From the sequence record MZ358387: a stretch of 64,000 bases of DNA; one strand, written 5' to 3'. Below, in pieces: positions 8,307 through 17,149 of the stretch. Source of the stretch: Shigella virus Moo19. The translations under genes were made by a program, and so were the position numbers. The notes beneath the pieces were generated by a model. It searched no databases. It saw nothing but the letters and a program-made list of their open reading frames with translations, and was not told where the DNA came from. Numbering within the stretch: the first letter of the stretch is position 1; every line of letters starts with the position of its first letter.

Positions 8307-8567
8307 ATGGAAGTTTTATCTGCATTACTGGTTCTGGTAATTGCTCTTACAGCTTATCTGTTACCAACTATCATCGCATTCGTTCGTGGTCATGCTTCTA
8401 AGTGGGGCATTTTTATCACTAATTTACTGTTGGGCTGGTCACTGATTTTCTGGATTGTTGCACTGATTTGGTCACTGTCCAATAAAGGACAATCTCAGAC
8501 TACAATCGTTAACGTTGGAAGTGGTAACAGCTACAACGTGTCTCAAACGAGTCAGTCTGATAAGTAA
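8307..8567 (+). CDS. superinfection-immunity-like small membrane protein (Imm_superinfect-type)
   Basis: AGGAG 8296-8300 then ATG 8307. Two TM helices with the family-typical pattern 'YLLPTIIAFVRGHASKWGIFITNLLLGWSLIFWIVALIWSL'. Confidence 0.55.
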   Translation: MEVLSALLVLVIALTAYLLPTIIAFVRGHASKWGIFITNLLLGWSLIFWIVALIWSLSNKGQSQTTIVNVGSGNSYNVSQTSQSDK

Positions 8568-8596
8568 CTAACCTAAGCATCATTTAAAAGTGGTGC

Positions 8597-8612
8597 TTGT
8601 GGAAGTTCCTTC
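8597..8612 (+). promoter_or_regulatory. 16-nt repeated motif TTGTGGAAGTTCCTTC, copy 2
   Basis: Exact repeat of 8273-8288; here a full 5-bp stem/3-nt loop 'GGAAG TTC CTTCC'. Lies between the Imm-like gene and terminator 8641-8667. Confidence 0.35.
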
Positions 8613-8640
8613 CAGCTCATTGCTTATCCATGCGTAACCC

Positions 8641-8667
8641 AAAGCCCACTTAATCGTGGGCTTTTTT
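8641..8667 (+). terminator. rho-independent terminator
   Basis: Stem 'aagcccac'/'gtgggctt', loop 'ttaatc', then TTTTTT. Confidence 0.7.
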
Positions 8668-8682
8668 AATTTAGGTACTCTT

Positions 8683-9144
8683 ATGTCAGTCGTTAAAGGT
8701 TCATGGTCTGCCCGATACCCTAACTTAATGAATATACCCCGTGGCTCAGGTAAGTCAGTACTAGTAGGAATGGACTTTTCTAGTTTGGAAGACCGTGCAG
8801 CAATAGCTATACGTGATGGTAAATCTGCAAGAGTTATATCAGTATCGCCTACAGGTCGTATAAAAGATGACGCTATAGATGCGATGCTTATGCAAGCTCT
8901 ACAACATAACCTGTCTGGAACAAAAGCTGACTGGTACACAGTAGATGACTTGTATACACCCCCTAAACCACACTGCATGTCCCAAGTGCATGACATTATT
9001 GATAGCTTCTGGTCTGCCCCGGCACTGGGATTATATGGGCAATATATTGCTCAGTTAGACAAGAAGCCAAAAACCAAAGATGTTTTTAAAGGAAAAAGCA
9101 CTACTCACCATTACCCCTGGTATAGAAGAGGAAGCAAATACTAA
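8683..9144 (+). CDS. hypothetical protein
   Basis: Start set at ATG 8683, downstream of the terminator that occupies the upstream part of the ORF. Confidence 0.45.
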   Translation: MSVVKGSWSARYPNLMNIPRGSGKSVLVGMDFSSLEDRAAIAIRDGKSARVISVSPTGRIKDDAIDAMLMQALQHNLSGTKADWYTVDDLYTPPKPHCMSQVHDIIDSFWSAPALGLYGQYIAQLDKKPKTKDVFKGKSTTHHYPWYRRGSKY

Positions 9145-9146
9145 TA

Positions 9147-9593
9147 ATGCGTATCCCATTCTTAAACAAAAGGAAAAGGGTTCCAACCCTGTTTCAAAAG
9201 GGAATTGAAGACGAGTTCGCTCTTAACCGTAAAGCACAGCAATACATCGTAACTTTGTTCACTGGTGCAAAGGTAGATGCAGAAATGCAGCTTACTTTCA
9301 TATTTGAACAGCTATTCATCGTGTACAATCTCGCCTTGTTTACTGGCTCTCACGAAGTGAGTGATTGTGCACGAGAAGCCCTCCGTAAGCTCCGTGGTGA
9401 GTTTGAAAGACTACATGCCAGCTTTCCCTTCACTATGGATGCAGTCGCCTCTGTGAACTGCTCAAAGGCTCTGGCAATGGGTATACCCATTTTGCAAGAA
9501 CTACCTCGTAGTGAATTTAAGTTGGCTTATGTGCAAGCCCGTAAGCTAACGGAGTCCAAACAAACCCTAATCTATTTAGAGAACCTACGATGA
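9147..9593 (+). CDS. hypothetical protein
   Basis: ATG 9147, 2 nt after the upstream stop; ATGA overlap with the next gene. Confidence 0.5.
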   Translation: MRIPFLNKRKRVPTLFQKGIEDEFALNRKAQQYIVTLFTGAKVDAEMQLTFIFEQLFIVYNLALFTGSHEVSDCAREALRKLRGEFERLHASFPFTMDAVASVNCSKALAMGIPILQELPRSEFKLAYVQARKLTESKQTLIYLENLR

Positions 9594-10534
9594 TTAAAGC
9601 AGAAGTAATTGCTGATAGTCTTCATGAGAAGACAGGCACTCGCATTACCACGTTTGAACTGGTTTACCCACGTTTCATTCACAGTGAGTTTATGACTCAC
9701 CGCATCTTCAACCGTAATGCTTCAAGCAGTCGTGCAATTCCTACCGACCGTTTTATTGAACAGGTGCGTACTGACCCTGTATTCCCAAGCTATTGGGGTA
9801 AGAACCAGAAAGGGATGCAGGCATTTGAAGAACTGTCTGAAGACCAACGTAGTGATGCAATGTTTATCTGGGACCAGGCTGCGTCCAGTGCTGCTACCTA
9901 TGCAGAAATGCTGCGTCGTGGACAAGTCCATAAGCAGATTGTTAACCGCATTCTGGAACCGTTCACCCATATCCGTGTGGTAGTTACATCCACTAGCTGG
10001 ACAAACTTCTATGGTTTACGTGACCATGAGGATGCCCAACCGGAAATCCGTTTACTGGCTCAGGCCATGAAGAAGGCTCATGAAGAATCTGTTCCGCAAA
10101 AACTCAAGAAAGGTGACTGGCATCTGCCTTATATTCGTGGTGCTGATTGTGCTAACGCTTACAATCATTGCAAATATCAACGAATTACAAGGGATGAACC
10201 AGGTAATGAGGAAATTTTAGGCTTACTGCTTAAAGTTTCTGCTGCTCGTTGTGCTCGTGCCTCCTATAACAACTTCGAAGGCAAGCCATCTACTATCAGT
10301 GATGACCTTGACCTCTTCGCTAAGTTGGTAGAGAAACAGCCAATTCATGCCTCACCTACTGAGCATCAGGCTACACCGATGGACTTCAGTACCAAGTACG
10401 TTAATAACTCAAACCCAGCAACCTGGGAACAGGGTGTTACCTCTATGGATAGGGAGGGTAATCTCTACTCCGGTAACCTGCTGCACTTCGTCCAATTCCG
10501 TAAACTCATCCCCGGCGAAACAATCACTGCGTGA
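9590..10534 (+). CDS. ThyX-like (flavin-dependent thymidylate synthase-like) protein, tentative
   Basis: Motif 'HSEFMTHRIFNRNASSSR' resembles the ThyX 'RHR-x7-S-x-R' signature. Motif-level only. Confidence 0.35.
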   Translation: MIKAEVIADSLHEKTGTRITTFELVYPRFIHSEFMTHRIFNRNASSSRAIPTDRFIEQVRTDPVFPSYWGKNQKGMQAFEELSEDQRSDAMFIWDQAASSAATYAEMLRRGQVHKQIVNRILEPFTHIRVVVTSTSWTNFYGLRDHEDAQPEIRLLAQAMKKAHEESVPQKLKKGDWHLPYIRGADCANAYNHCKYQRITRDEPGNEEILGLLLKVSAARCARASYNNFEGKPSTISDDLDLFAKLVEKQPIHASPTEHQATPMDFSTKYVNNSNPATWEQGVTSMDREGNLYSGNLLHFVQFRKLIPGETITA

Positions 10535-10570
10535 TTGTGTTGTTTGGTTTGAACAACTCTTAAGGCAAAT

Positions 10571-10843
10571 ATGAAAAAGCTCGCTTTGTACGCAATGATT
10601 GCTAGTTGCATCATTACACTGGTTTATGTAATTAAGCTCCAATGGTTCGTTGAAACAGACTATGCGTTCTGGCGAATCACAGCCATTACTGCACTAAGTG
10701 AAATTGGTCTGTGGTGCTTCTATTACTACGCTCGTGACTACGAAGGCATCAAAGCACACGAAGAAAATGCCAAGCGTATTGCACGGCACTTTACTATGAT
10801 GGTTCAGCCATCAGATGAAGACGACTCAGGACAAAAGCAGTAA
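10571..10843 (+). CDS. small membrane protein
   Basis: Two hydrophobic helices ('LALYAMIASCIITLVYVI', 'ITAITALSEIGLWCFYYY'). Confidence 0.5.
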   Translation: MKKLALYAMIASCIITLVYVIKLQWFVETDYAFWRITAITALSEIGLWCFYYYARDYEGIKAHEENAKRIARHFTMMVQPSDEDDSGQKQ

Positions 10844-10849
10844 ACTTAA

Positions 10850-10875
10850 AGACCTCCTACGGGAGGTCTTTTTTT
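10850..10875 (+). terminator. rho-independent terminator
   Basis: Stem 'gacctcc'/'ggaggtc' with loop 'tacg', then TTTTTTT. Same stem as the terminator at 2704-2731. Confidence 0.75.
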
Positions 10876-10901
10876 GAGTCTACTACTGTCCGGGAGGACT
10901 T

Positions 10902-11120
10902 ATGCCACATAAATACCGTATTAAAAGCTCTGGTGATTTCGTCTATGCGTTAGTTTACTCGGACTACGGAGCAGCTAAGTTAGACACCAATGCTACTGGC
11001 ATTGAGCACAAATCCGTAACCCTGGAAGAGAATGGAGGGTATCCATTCTTCACTGTACCAGTTAATCAGTTGGAAGAAATTTATGATGAATCCAAAGGTA
11101 ATACACAGCAAAACGGGTGA
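10902..11120 (+). CDS. hypothetical small protein
   Basis: GGGAGG then ATG 10902; 72 aa. Confidence 0.4.
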   Translation: MPHKYRIKSSGDFVYALVYSDYGAAKLDTNATGIEHKSVTLEENGGYPFFTVPVNQLEEIYDESKGNTQQNG

Positions 11121-11430
11121 AGCTGTAGAGCTTGATACCATTGCTAAAGTGGAAGATATTCTGGCTTGCCCTGCAAATATTGCATCACTTTGCCAGTGTA
11201 TTGTTGCACTGTCAGAGGAGCGTAAGCTATGGCTTGAACCAAACAAAGAGATGGTTCAGGCTGGGATTGCTGAAGTACATAGTACTTTAGAAAATATTTC
11301 TCAGGAAAACTACGAAGCTGGGGAATGTAGTCATGTTGGTCATATTGACCTTGATACAATGACTGATGACCAGGCTTCTGATTTAGCTGTATTCGTCCTG
11401 CAAGCTATGGCAGGTAAGCGTAGTGGTTGA
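11083..11430 (+). CDS. hypothetical protein
   Basis: ATGATG at 11083 after 'GGAAG'; overlaps the upstream ORF by 38 nt in another frame. Start uncertain. Confidence 0.4.
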   Translation: MMNPKVIHSKTGEAVELDTIAKVEDILACPANIASLCQCIVALSEERKLWLEPNKEMVQAGIAEVHSTLENISQENYEAGECSHVGHIDLDTMTDDQASDLAVFVLQAMAGKRSG

Positions 11431-11564
11431 GCTGTTCAACCTAATATCCCCACTGATGTATACCTTCAATGATTTTCTTGGAACATACGGCACTGCTTTA
11501 GGTAGTGCCGTAGTTCTATTCGCTCTTTTCTATTAAAAGCTGCATTCTATCTGGAGAGTTAAAA

Positions 11565-14189
11565 ATGCAAGTCGCAGACAATCAAGAATTAACTACCTCT
11601 GCTACCCTCGGTGGCAAACAAGCTATCTCATTCGGTATCTCGGATGACCCGGCATTCTTTCACGTACTGAGTTCATCTCTGTATAACAATCCAAATCTGG
11701 CTGTTGTACGTGAAACCATCTGTAATCAGTGGGATGCTCACATTGAAGCAGGTAAGACACACCTGCCCGTGCTAATCGTCATTGATAAAGACAACTTTAT
11801 TACCTTTCGTGACTACGGTAAAGGTATCCCATCCGATAAGATTGGTGCTGTATATGCCACTTATGGGGCATCCACCAAGAAAGCTAATTCCAGTGTAACT
11901 GGTGGCTTTGGTCTGGGATGTAAATCACCATTCGCTTATACAGACAGCTTCCAGGTTACTTCATGGAACCAGGGTAAGATGTCTATCTATAACGTTACTA
12001 AGTCCTCGGTAGAGACTGACGGTAAGCCGGGTGTAATCCCAATTATTACGGACGTTGCCTCTGACGATACTGGTCTGGAAGTTAAATTCCAGCTTCGTCC
12101 TGAAGATGTGAACGAGTTCATTCGTTACATCGAATCCATTGTTTATAACGGTGAGATTAAAGCAATCCTGCGTAGCCCTAAGATGGTACTCAATCCTGAT
12201 GGTAACCGTACCATCGAGCTGCAAGACCGTAGTCTGCCTGTACTAGGTATGTCCTTTGAACCTGGTTCATATGACATTAACGGTACATGGCATCGTAGCT
12301 ATATGGGCAGCAGTGCTGTTTATGTACGTTATGGTAACGTAATGTATCCGGCTGTTGAAAGTCCGGCTACAGAGGAAGCACTGGGAGTTATTCATAACTT
12401 CATGAACATCATTGGTGCTAACCGTATTGTTGTTCAAGCTGCTCCATCTACTCTGGCTATTGCCCCAAGCCGTGAAACACTGTCGAACCAGAAAATGACT
12501 GACGATGGTATCGTAGACATCTGTGTTGACCTCGTTGACCGTCTGGAAAAGGAAATCAAAGCAGGTATCCCAATAGCTTTGAAAGAAATTGAAGAAGGTA
12601 TTGCTAAGTCTAATCACTTTAGCATGTATGACTGGGAAAATTTCTTTGATTACGTATCTAACACTCGTGTTAGAGGCTACATGAAGTCAAGCCTGTGGCG
12701 TAAAGCATCTCGCCACTATCGTAAACACTGGAAAAAACTGTCTAATAAACGATTCTTTGAACAAGAAGAGTTTAAAGGTATTCACTTTAGTCGTAGTCGT
12801 GCAATGACTGCACTAAAGCAATCCCGTTCAAGCCAAAGACAGGATTATTTTCTGAGCTTCCTGCAACGCTATGTTGTACTGCCTAAGCTGTATGAATGGA
12901 AGTTGTGTAAGCTGAAATGGTCTGGTCACGTTGTTGGTCGTTATCACAACTGCATGTTAGTAAAGCATGGGTTACGTACCTATATGCGTACCTATTCTGA
13001 CCTGGCTGTGCTTCAGACACTGGTAACCAAAAACGTAATCATTACCCGTCGTATGTCAGATTGTCATGAATCGTTTTATTACCATCCTGATTATCATGGT
13101 TCAGCATGGGAAGCTAAATGTGGTGGCAATAGTGGTGTATACACTACTAAAACTGCTCATGTTATTCACATTGGAGCCAAGAAAGGCGAAGCTGAGGAGG
13201 TAGCTGCTAAGTATACTGCTCTGGGCTATCAAATCATTGACCTTACCAAGCAAAATGATTGGGATAAACCAGCAGAAATGCGACGTATTGCTACTGCATC
13301 GGCTAATGCTAAACGTGCCAAGAACAAAGCTGATTTATTAGCTGCTGGCATGAAAGGCTCTGAACCAAACCGTTTAATTTCAATTAACTGTGTGCTTAAT
13401 AAGCGTAGTGGTATTGACCGTGATACCAAAAAAATCTATGAGTTCGATTATATCGACCCTGATTTTGCTGCACCAGAAAAGTGGAAACAATATGGTCACG
13501 TTGACGTAGAGAATCCACTCTATTACGTAGAACTTAAAGAGATTCGTTCTGGGCGTCCTGAACAGAATCCTGACATTGGTTCTATGCACCAATGGACTGA
13601 TTTAACTGATGAAGTTAAAGCAGTAACCGTTGTCTGCCGTAATAAAATTGAGGTTAACAAAGCCATTAAACGTGGTGCTGTGCATCTCGATGACAAACGC
13701 TACAAGGAAGTGCTGGACATTGTTAAATCCAAAGAGTTCAAGAAATACGTTACTTATGAACGTATTGGTATTCTTGAATATCTGAACATGGAGGATGGTC
13801 AGTACCAAGAGTTGCTTAAGCTGCTCGGCATTAAAGCTAAGGTATTCGATAATCTGGTTCTAAGACCAGAGTTCGAGTGGGCATATAAATTCCTCAATTA
13901 CATGGACTCCAGTAAGAAACGCAAATTGGTTTCTCTGGGTTGCATGGAAAAAGAGGAAGATATTGACCAGTACCTACCATTAACTCACTTGAAGACGTTC
14001 AAAAACCTTCAATCGTTACTGGATATCAAGGGTATCTTCCAAGTAAGGGAAGTAAGTGGTCCTGCTATGTATTACTCATCTGTGCAGGATTTAATCAACT
14101 GGCTTACTGAACACCCAGAGGATATTCCTGGGTATAAGATACTCATCCGTAACTGTTTAACTAAACGTAAAGGTATATACACAAGATGA
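11565..14189 (+). CDS. rIIA-like protein with N-terminal GHKL-type ATPase fold
   Basis: GGAG then ATG 11565. Bergerat-fold boxes 'RDYGKGIP' and 'GGFGLGCKS'. 874 aa, followed by a partner gene with ATGA overlap. Confidence 0.55.
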   Translation: MQVADNQELTTSATLGGKQAISFGISDDPAFFHVLSSSLYNNPNLAVVRETICNQWDAHIEAGKTHLPVLIVIDKDNFITFRDYGKGIPSDKIGAVYATYGASTKKANSSVTGGFGLGCKSPFAYTDSFQVTSWNQGKMSIYNVTKSSVETDGKPGVIPIITDVASDDTGLEVKFQLRPEDVNEFIRYIESIVYNGEIKAILRSPKMVLNPDGNRTIELQDRSLPVLGMSFEPGSYDINGTWHRSYMGSSAVYVRYGNVMYPAVESPATEEALGVIHNFMNIIGANRIVVQAAPSTLAIAPSRETLSNQKMTDDGIVDICVDLVDRLEKEIKAGIPIALKEIEEGIAKSNHFSMYDWENFFDYVSNTRVRGYMKSSLWRKASRHYRKHWKKLSNKRFFEQEEFKGIHFSRSRAMTALKQSRSSQRQDYFLSFLQRYVVLPKLYEWKLCKLKWSGHVVGRYHNCMLVKHGLRTYMRTYSDLAVLQTLVTKNVIITRRMSDCHESFYYHPDYHGSAWEAKCGGNSGVYTTKTAHVIHIGAKKGEAEEVAAKYTALGYQIIDLTKQNDWDKPAEMRRIATASANAKRAKNKADLLAAGMKGSEPNRLISINCVLNKRSGIDRDTKKIYEFDYIDPDFAAPEKWKQYGHVDVENPLYYVELKEIRSGRPEQNPDIGSMHQWTDLTDEVKAVTVVCRNKIEVNKAIKRGAVHLDDKRYKEVLDIVKSKEFKKYVTYERIGILEYLNMEDGQYQELLKLLGIKAKVFDNLVLRPEFEWAYKFLNYMDSSKKRKLVSLGCMEKEEDIDQYLPLTHLKTFKNLQSLLDIKGIFQVREVSGPAMYYSSVQDLINWLTEHPEDIPGYKILIRNCLTKRKGIYTR

Positions 14190-16276
14190 AAATCGAGCTG
14201 ATTTCAATAATCGCACTCGCCGTAGACAGCCGTAACATCACGCTGTGGAAACCTGATGGTTCCACGGTAGTCTTCCCACAAGGCGACCTTCGTGTCGCCC
14301 GTATCGTTGCCGAAGCTAAAGCCAAAGGTCTTGAACCAGGCAAGGTAATTGAAGTGAATATCGCACCAGAAATCGCAGGTAAAACTGAGTTCACTGATGC
14401 AGAGAAACACACTAACGGCCTCGTTAAATTCTTCAAAGTGGCTAAAGCCAAACTCAAAGAGTTCTTTGAAGACGAAACCGAAGTCCGTCCTGCACCACAA
14501 GTACCTGATATCAAAATGGGTAGCCCATGTCAGGTAATGGTTGATAAAGCAATGGATACCTTCCTGGCTATCCAGGCTAATCAACCAGAGGTAACTGTAG
14601 AGTATGGGGATTACGACCGCTGTAATCACCTGCTGTGGATTACCGGGTATGACAAAGAGCATGACCGTGTTGGCTTAATTCGTTTCATTAGTGAGACTCT
14701 GAATTACAGCCCGGAACGTGCAACTACTCATGCCAATCTGGAATGGCCTATTGCCCTGAAAGCTGTGTCTGATGATGCACTGGTAGAATTTACCAATCGT
14801 CTACAACAACTTAAGGGTGTGCACTGGGCAGTTACTAATCGCAGTGTAACGCCGGATGCTTATGAAGAACCTAAAGTTACTCAGGACAAACCTGCTGAAC
14901 CAACTAAGCAAGAAAAACTGACTGCTGCGTCTGAGAAGCTGAAAGCACTGGGTGCTGTAAGTACCGATGATGCTTCCTTCCACGAAGATGTAAAAGAAGA
15001 CGAAGCAATCGTAGCTGTTACGAGTGCTGGTGTAGTCCCTGGTGTTGAAGGGCTGCAACGTCATCTGCGTCAGGCAAGTAAGCTGAAAGACTACAAGGGC
15101 TTTAACCGTTTCCTTGAGCGTCTGGCTCCGGTAGTTAAAGACCGTCGTCACTCAGTTGAAGACCTGATGAAATTCATGGAAAAAGCAGAACTTCCTATCG
15201 CTGATGATGGTTGTATTCTGTTCCTGAAACGCCTGAACTTCAAAGAGACTGGCGTAGATGGTCGTCGTGTATTCGTGGATTGTCACTCCGGTAAAATTAA
15301 ACAATGGGTTGGCATGAAGGTACAGGTTCGTGAAGACCTGGTAGACCCTGACCGTCGTAAAGACTGTTCTAACGGTCTGCACGTTGCTGCTATGAGCTAT
15401 ATTACTGGCTTCAGCGGTAATGTAACCATCCTGGGTAAAGTAGCACCTGAAGACGTATTTGCTGTTCCTGAGTACAGCACCAACAAGATGCGAGTAGCTG
15501 CATATCACATCATTGCTGAGTTGCCTGAAAAAGAACGTAGTAACGTCTGTAATGGCGTTTACCTGTCCAAAACGGACGTAGGTAAAAAACTACTTAACGA
15601 TGCAATTGTGGGCAACCACACTGCACCAACAGACCTGGTAATGGTTGGTGGTCATATGGGCAGCAACCTGAAATACACCCAGTTAACTGGCGGTACTGTA
15701 GAGCAAATCCGTACCACTGCATCGAAAGAAGCATTGGATATGGAAGAGTCTCTGTCACCAGAAGCTCTGAGTGCTGAACCAGTGAAAGCACTTGATGTCA
15801 AACCCGTAAACAAACCAGCGGTTGAAATTAAACCTGCTAAGGCTCCTACTGTGAAAGAACAAATCCTGGAACTGGTAAAAGAGTTCCAAAATGCAACTTC
15901 CCCGGAAGATAAGCTGGCTGCTGCTGACCTGCTGGTCGAACTACGTGGTAAGGCTAAGAAGCCGTGGGGTGCATTCGGCGTCGATAGCTCTATCGTCGAT
16001 GAGATTGCCAAAGTACGTTCCACTCAGGAACGTCTGGAAGAAGCTAAAGCCGAACCAGTGAAAGTAAGCAAGCCCGTTAAGGCTGCTGCTAAACCTGGTA
16101 AGGGCAAACATGCTGATACCATCCGTAGCTGGCTCAATGATAGTGGTATGTCTGACTATCAGAAAGCCCACTCTATTCATGACCTGAAACGTGCTGCTAA
16201 GAAATCTTATGCTGCACTGGGTCTTACTGAAGAAGAGTGCAAAGCTATTGACAAGCTTAAGCATCATCTGAAGTAA
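14186..16276 (+). CDS. rIIB-like protein (by size and position next to rIIA-like gene)
   Basis: ATGA-coupled to the upstream gene; 696 aa. No diagnostic motif recognised. Confidence 0.4.
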   Translation: MKIELISIIALAVDSRNITLWKPDGSTVVFPQGDLRVARIVAEAKAKGLEPGKVIEVNIAPEIAGKTEFTDAEKHTNGLVKFFKVAKAKLKEFFEDETEVRPAPQVPDIKMGSPCQVMVDKAMDTFLAIQANQPEVTVEYGDYDRCNHLLWITGYDKEHDRVGLIRFISETLNYSPERATTHANLEWPIALKAVSDDALVEFTNRLQQLKGVHWAVTNRSVTPDAYEEPKVTQDKPAEPTKQEKLTAASEKLKALGAVSTDDASFHEDVKEDEAIVAVTSAGVVPGVEGLQRHLRQASKLKDYKGFNRFLERLAPVVKDRRHSVEDLMKFMEKAELPIADDGCILFLKRLNFKETGVDGRRVFVDCHSGKIKQWVGMKVQVREDLVDPDRRKDCSNGLHVAAMSYITGFSGNVTILGKVAPEDVFAVPEYSTNKMRVAAYHIIAELPEKERSNVCNGVYLSKTDVGKKLLNDAIVGNHTAPTDLVMVGGHMGSNLKYTQLTGGTVEQIRTTASKEALDMEESLSPEALSAEPVKALDVKPVNKPAVEIKPAKAPTVKEQILELVKEFQNATSPEDKLAAADLLVELRGKAKKPWGAFGVDSSIVDEIAKVRSTQERLEEAKAEPVKVSKPVKAAAKPGKGKHADTIRSWLNDSGMSDYQKAHSIHDLKRAAKKSYAALGLTEEECKAIDKLKHHLK

Positions 16277-16287
16277 CCTGTTCAAGA

Positions 16288-16319
16288 ACCCTCAGTTGAA
16301 ATATACTGAGGGTATCTTT
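16288..16319 (+). terminator. terminator-like hairpin after the rIIB-like gene
   Basis: 9-bp stem accctcagt/actgagggt with 8-nt loop, followed by 'atctttg'. Confidence 0.35.
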
Positions 16320-16335
16320 GAAGAGGAAATGTACT

Positions 16336-16731
16336 ATGTCTAAAGTTTATCGTGTTAATCGCAAAGCAACTGATGAAGACATCATTAAGATGAATGCAGT
16401 TGGTTTATCCCTGGCAACTATTGCAAAGACGTTGGGGATTCATCCCACAACAGTTACTTTGCGATTGCGTTCTCTAAATATTGAACCTGCCGACACCCGT
16501 CGGACGTTCATGGAGAATGTACTAACACCACTGCCCACCCATGTGGTCGATTGGTTAGCCGAGCAAGTGGGTCCACAATATGAGATTCGCTCATATGTTC
16601 GTGACCTGCTTATGGAGGCTTACAACAATCGCCACCAATATCAAGAGAGTGCTCATGAGCGATTCCTCAAACGATACGCTGGTACAAACTCAGAACTGGT
16701 TTCTGAAAGCAGTACCAAACCCAACGAGTAA
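16336..16731 (+). CDS. helix-turn-helix DNA-binding protein
   Basis: AGAGGA 16322-16327 then ATG 16336. HTH segment 'LSLATIAKTLGIHPTTVTLRLRSL'. Confidence 0.5.
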   Translation: MSKVYRVNRKATDEDIIKMNAVGLSLATIAKTLGIHPTTVTLRLRSLNIEPADTRRTFMENVLTPLPTHVVDWLAEQVGPQYEIRSYVRDLLMEAYNNRHQYQESAHERFLKRYAGTNSELVSESSTKPNE

Positions 16732-17116
16732 AAATATCAGTACCCAAATTGGTTGCCATTTAGAAGAAGTTCTAGAAATGGTAGATGTATTAATGGGGGA
16801 AGATTCATTTTCCCAGATGGCTCTTACCGATTTACGCCATGCACTACGAACTGTGTCAGAGCGTATGAAAAACAATTCAGATGCCATTTATATTAATCAG
16901 GAAGACAGGGAAGAACTTCTGGACAGTCTTGCTGACCAGATTGTTACAGCGACTGGTGTCGGTGTTTTCCTGGGTATGAATGTACCCGGTGCTCTCGATG
17001 AAGTTAACCGTTCGAACTACTCTAAGTTCGAGAATGGGGAACCAGTATTCAACGAGAACAAAAAGGTCATGAAAGGCAAAGACTATACGCCACCTGACCT
17101 GAGCAAATTTATCTAA
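16655..17116 (+). CDS. MazG-like nucleotide pyrophosphohydrolase-like protein, tentative
   Basis: 'EEVLEMVDVLMGE' resembles the MazG EExxE metal-binding motif. Start uncertain (16655 or 16778); overlaps the upstream gene by 77 nt if 16655. Confidence 0.35.
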   Translation: MSDSSNDTLVQTQNWFLKAVPNPTSKNISTQIGCHLEEVLEMVDVLMGEDSFSQMALTDLRHALRTVSERMKNNSDAIYINQEDREELLDSLADQIVTATGVGVFLGMNVPGALDEVNRSNYSKFENGEPVFNENKKVMKGKDYTPPDLSKFI

Positions 17117-17136
17117 CCCTCTACGGAGGGTTTTTT
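17117..17136 (+). terminator. rho-independent terminator
   Basis: Stem 'ccctc'/'gaggg' with loop 'tacg', then TTTTTT. Confidence 0.7.
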
Positions 17137-17149
17137 ACTGGAGAAATTG

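Noticed and set aside
10902-11430. Programmed frameshift joining the 10902 and 11032 ORFs
   Set aside because: No slippery heptamer or downstream structure was found in the overlap; two separate small genes with an internal start at 11083 is simpler.
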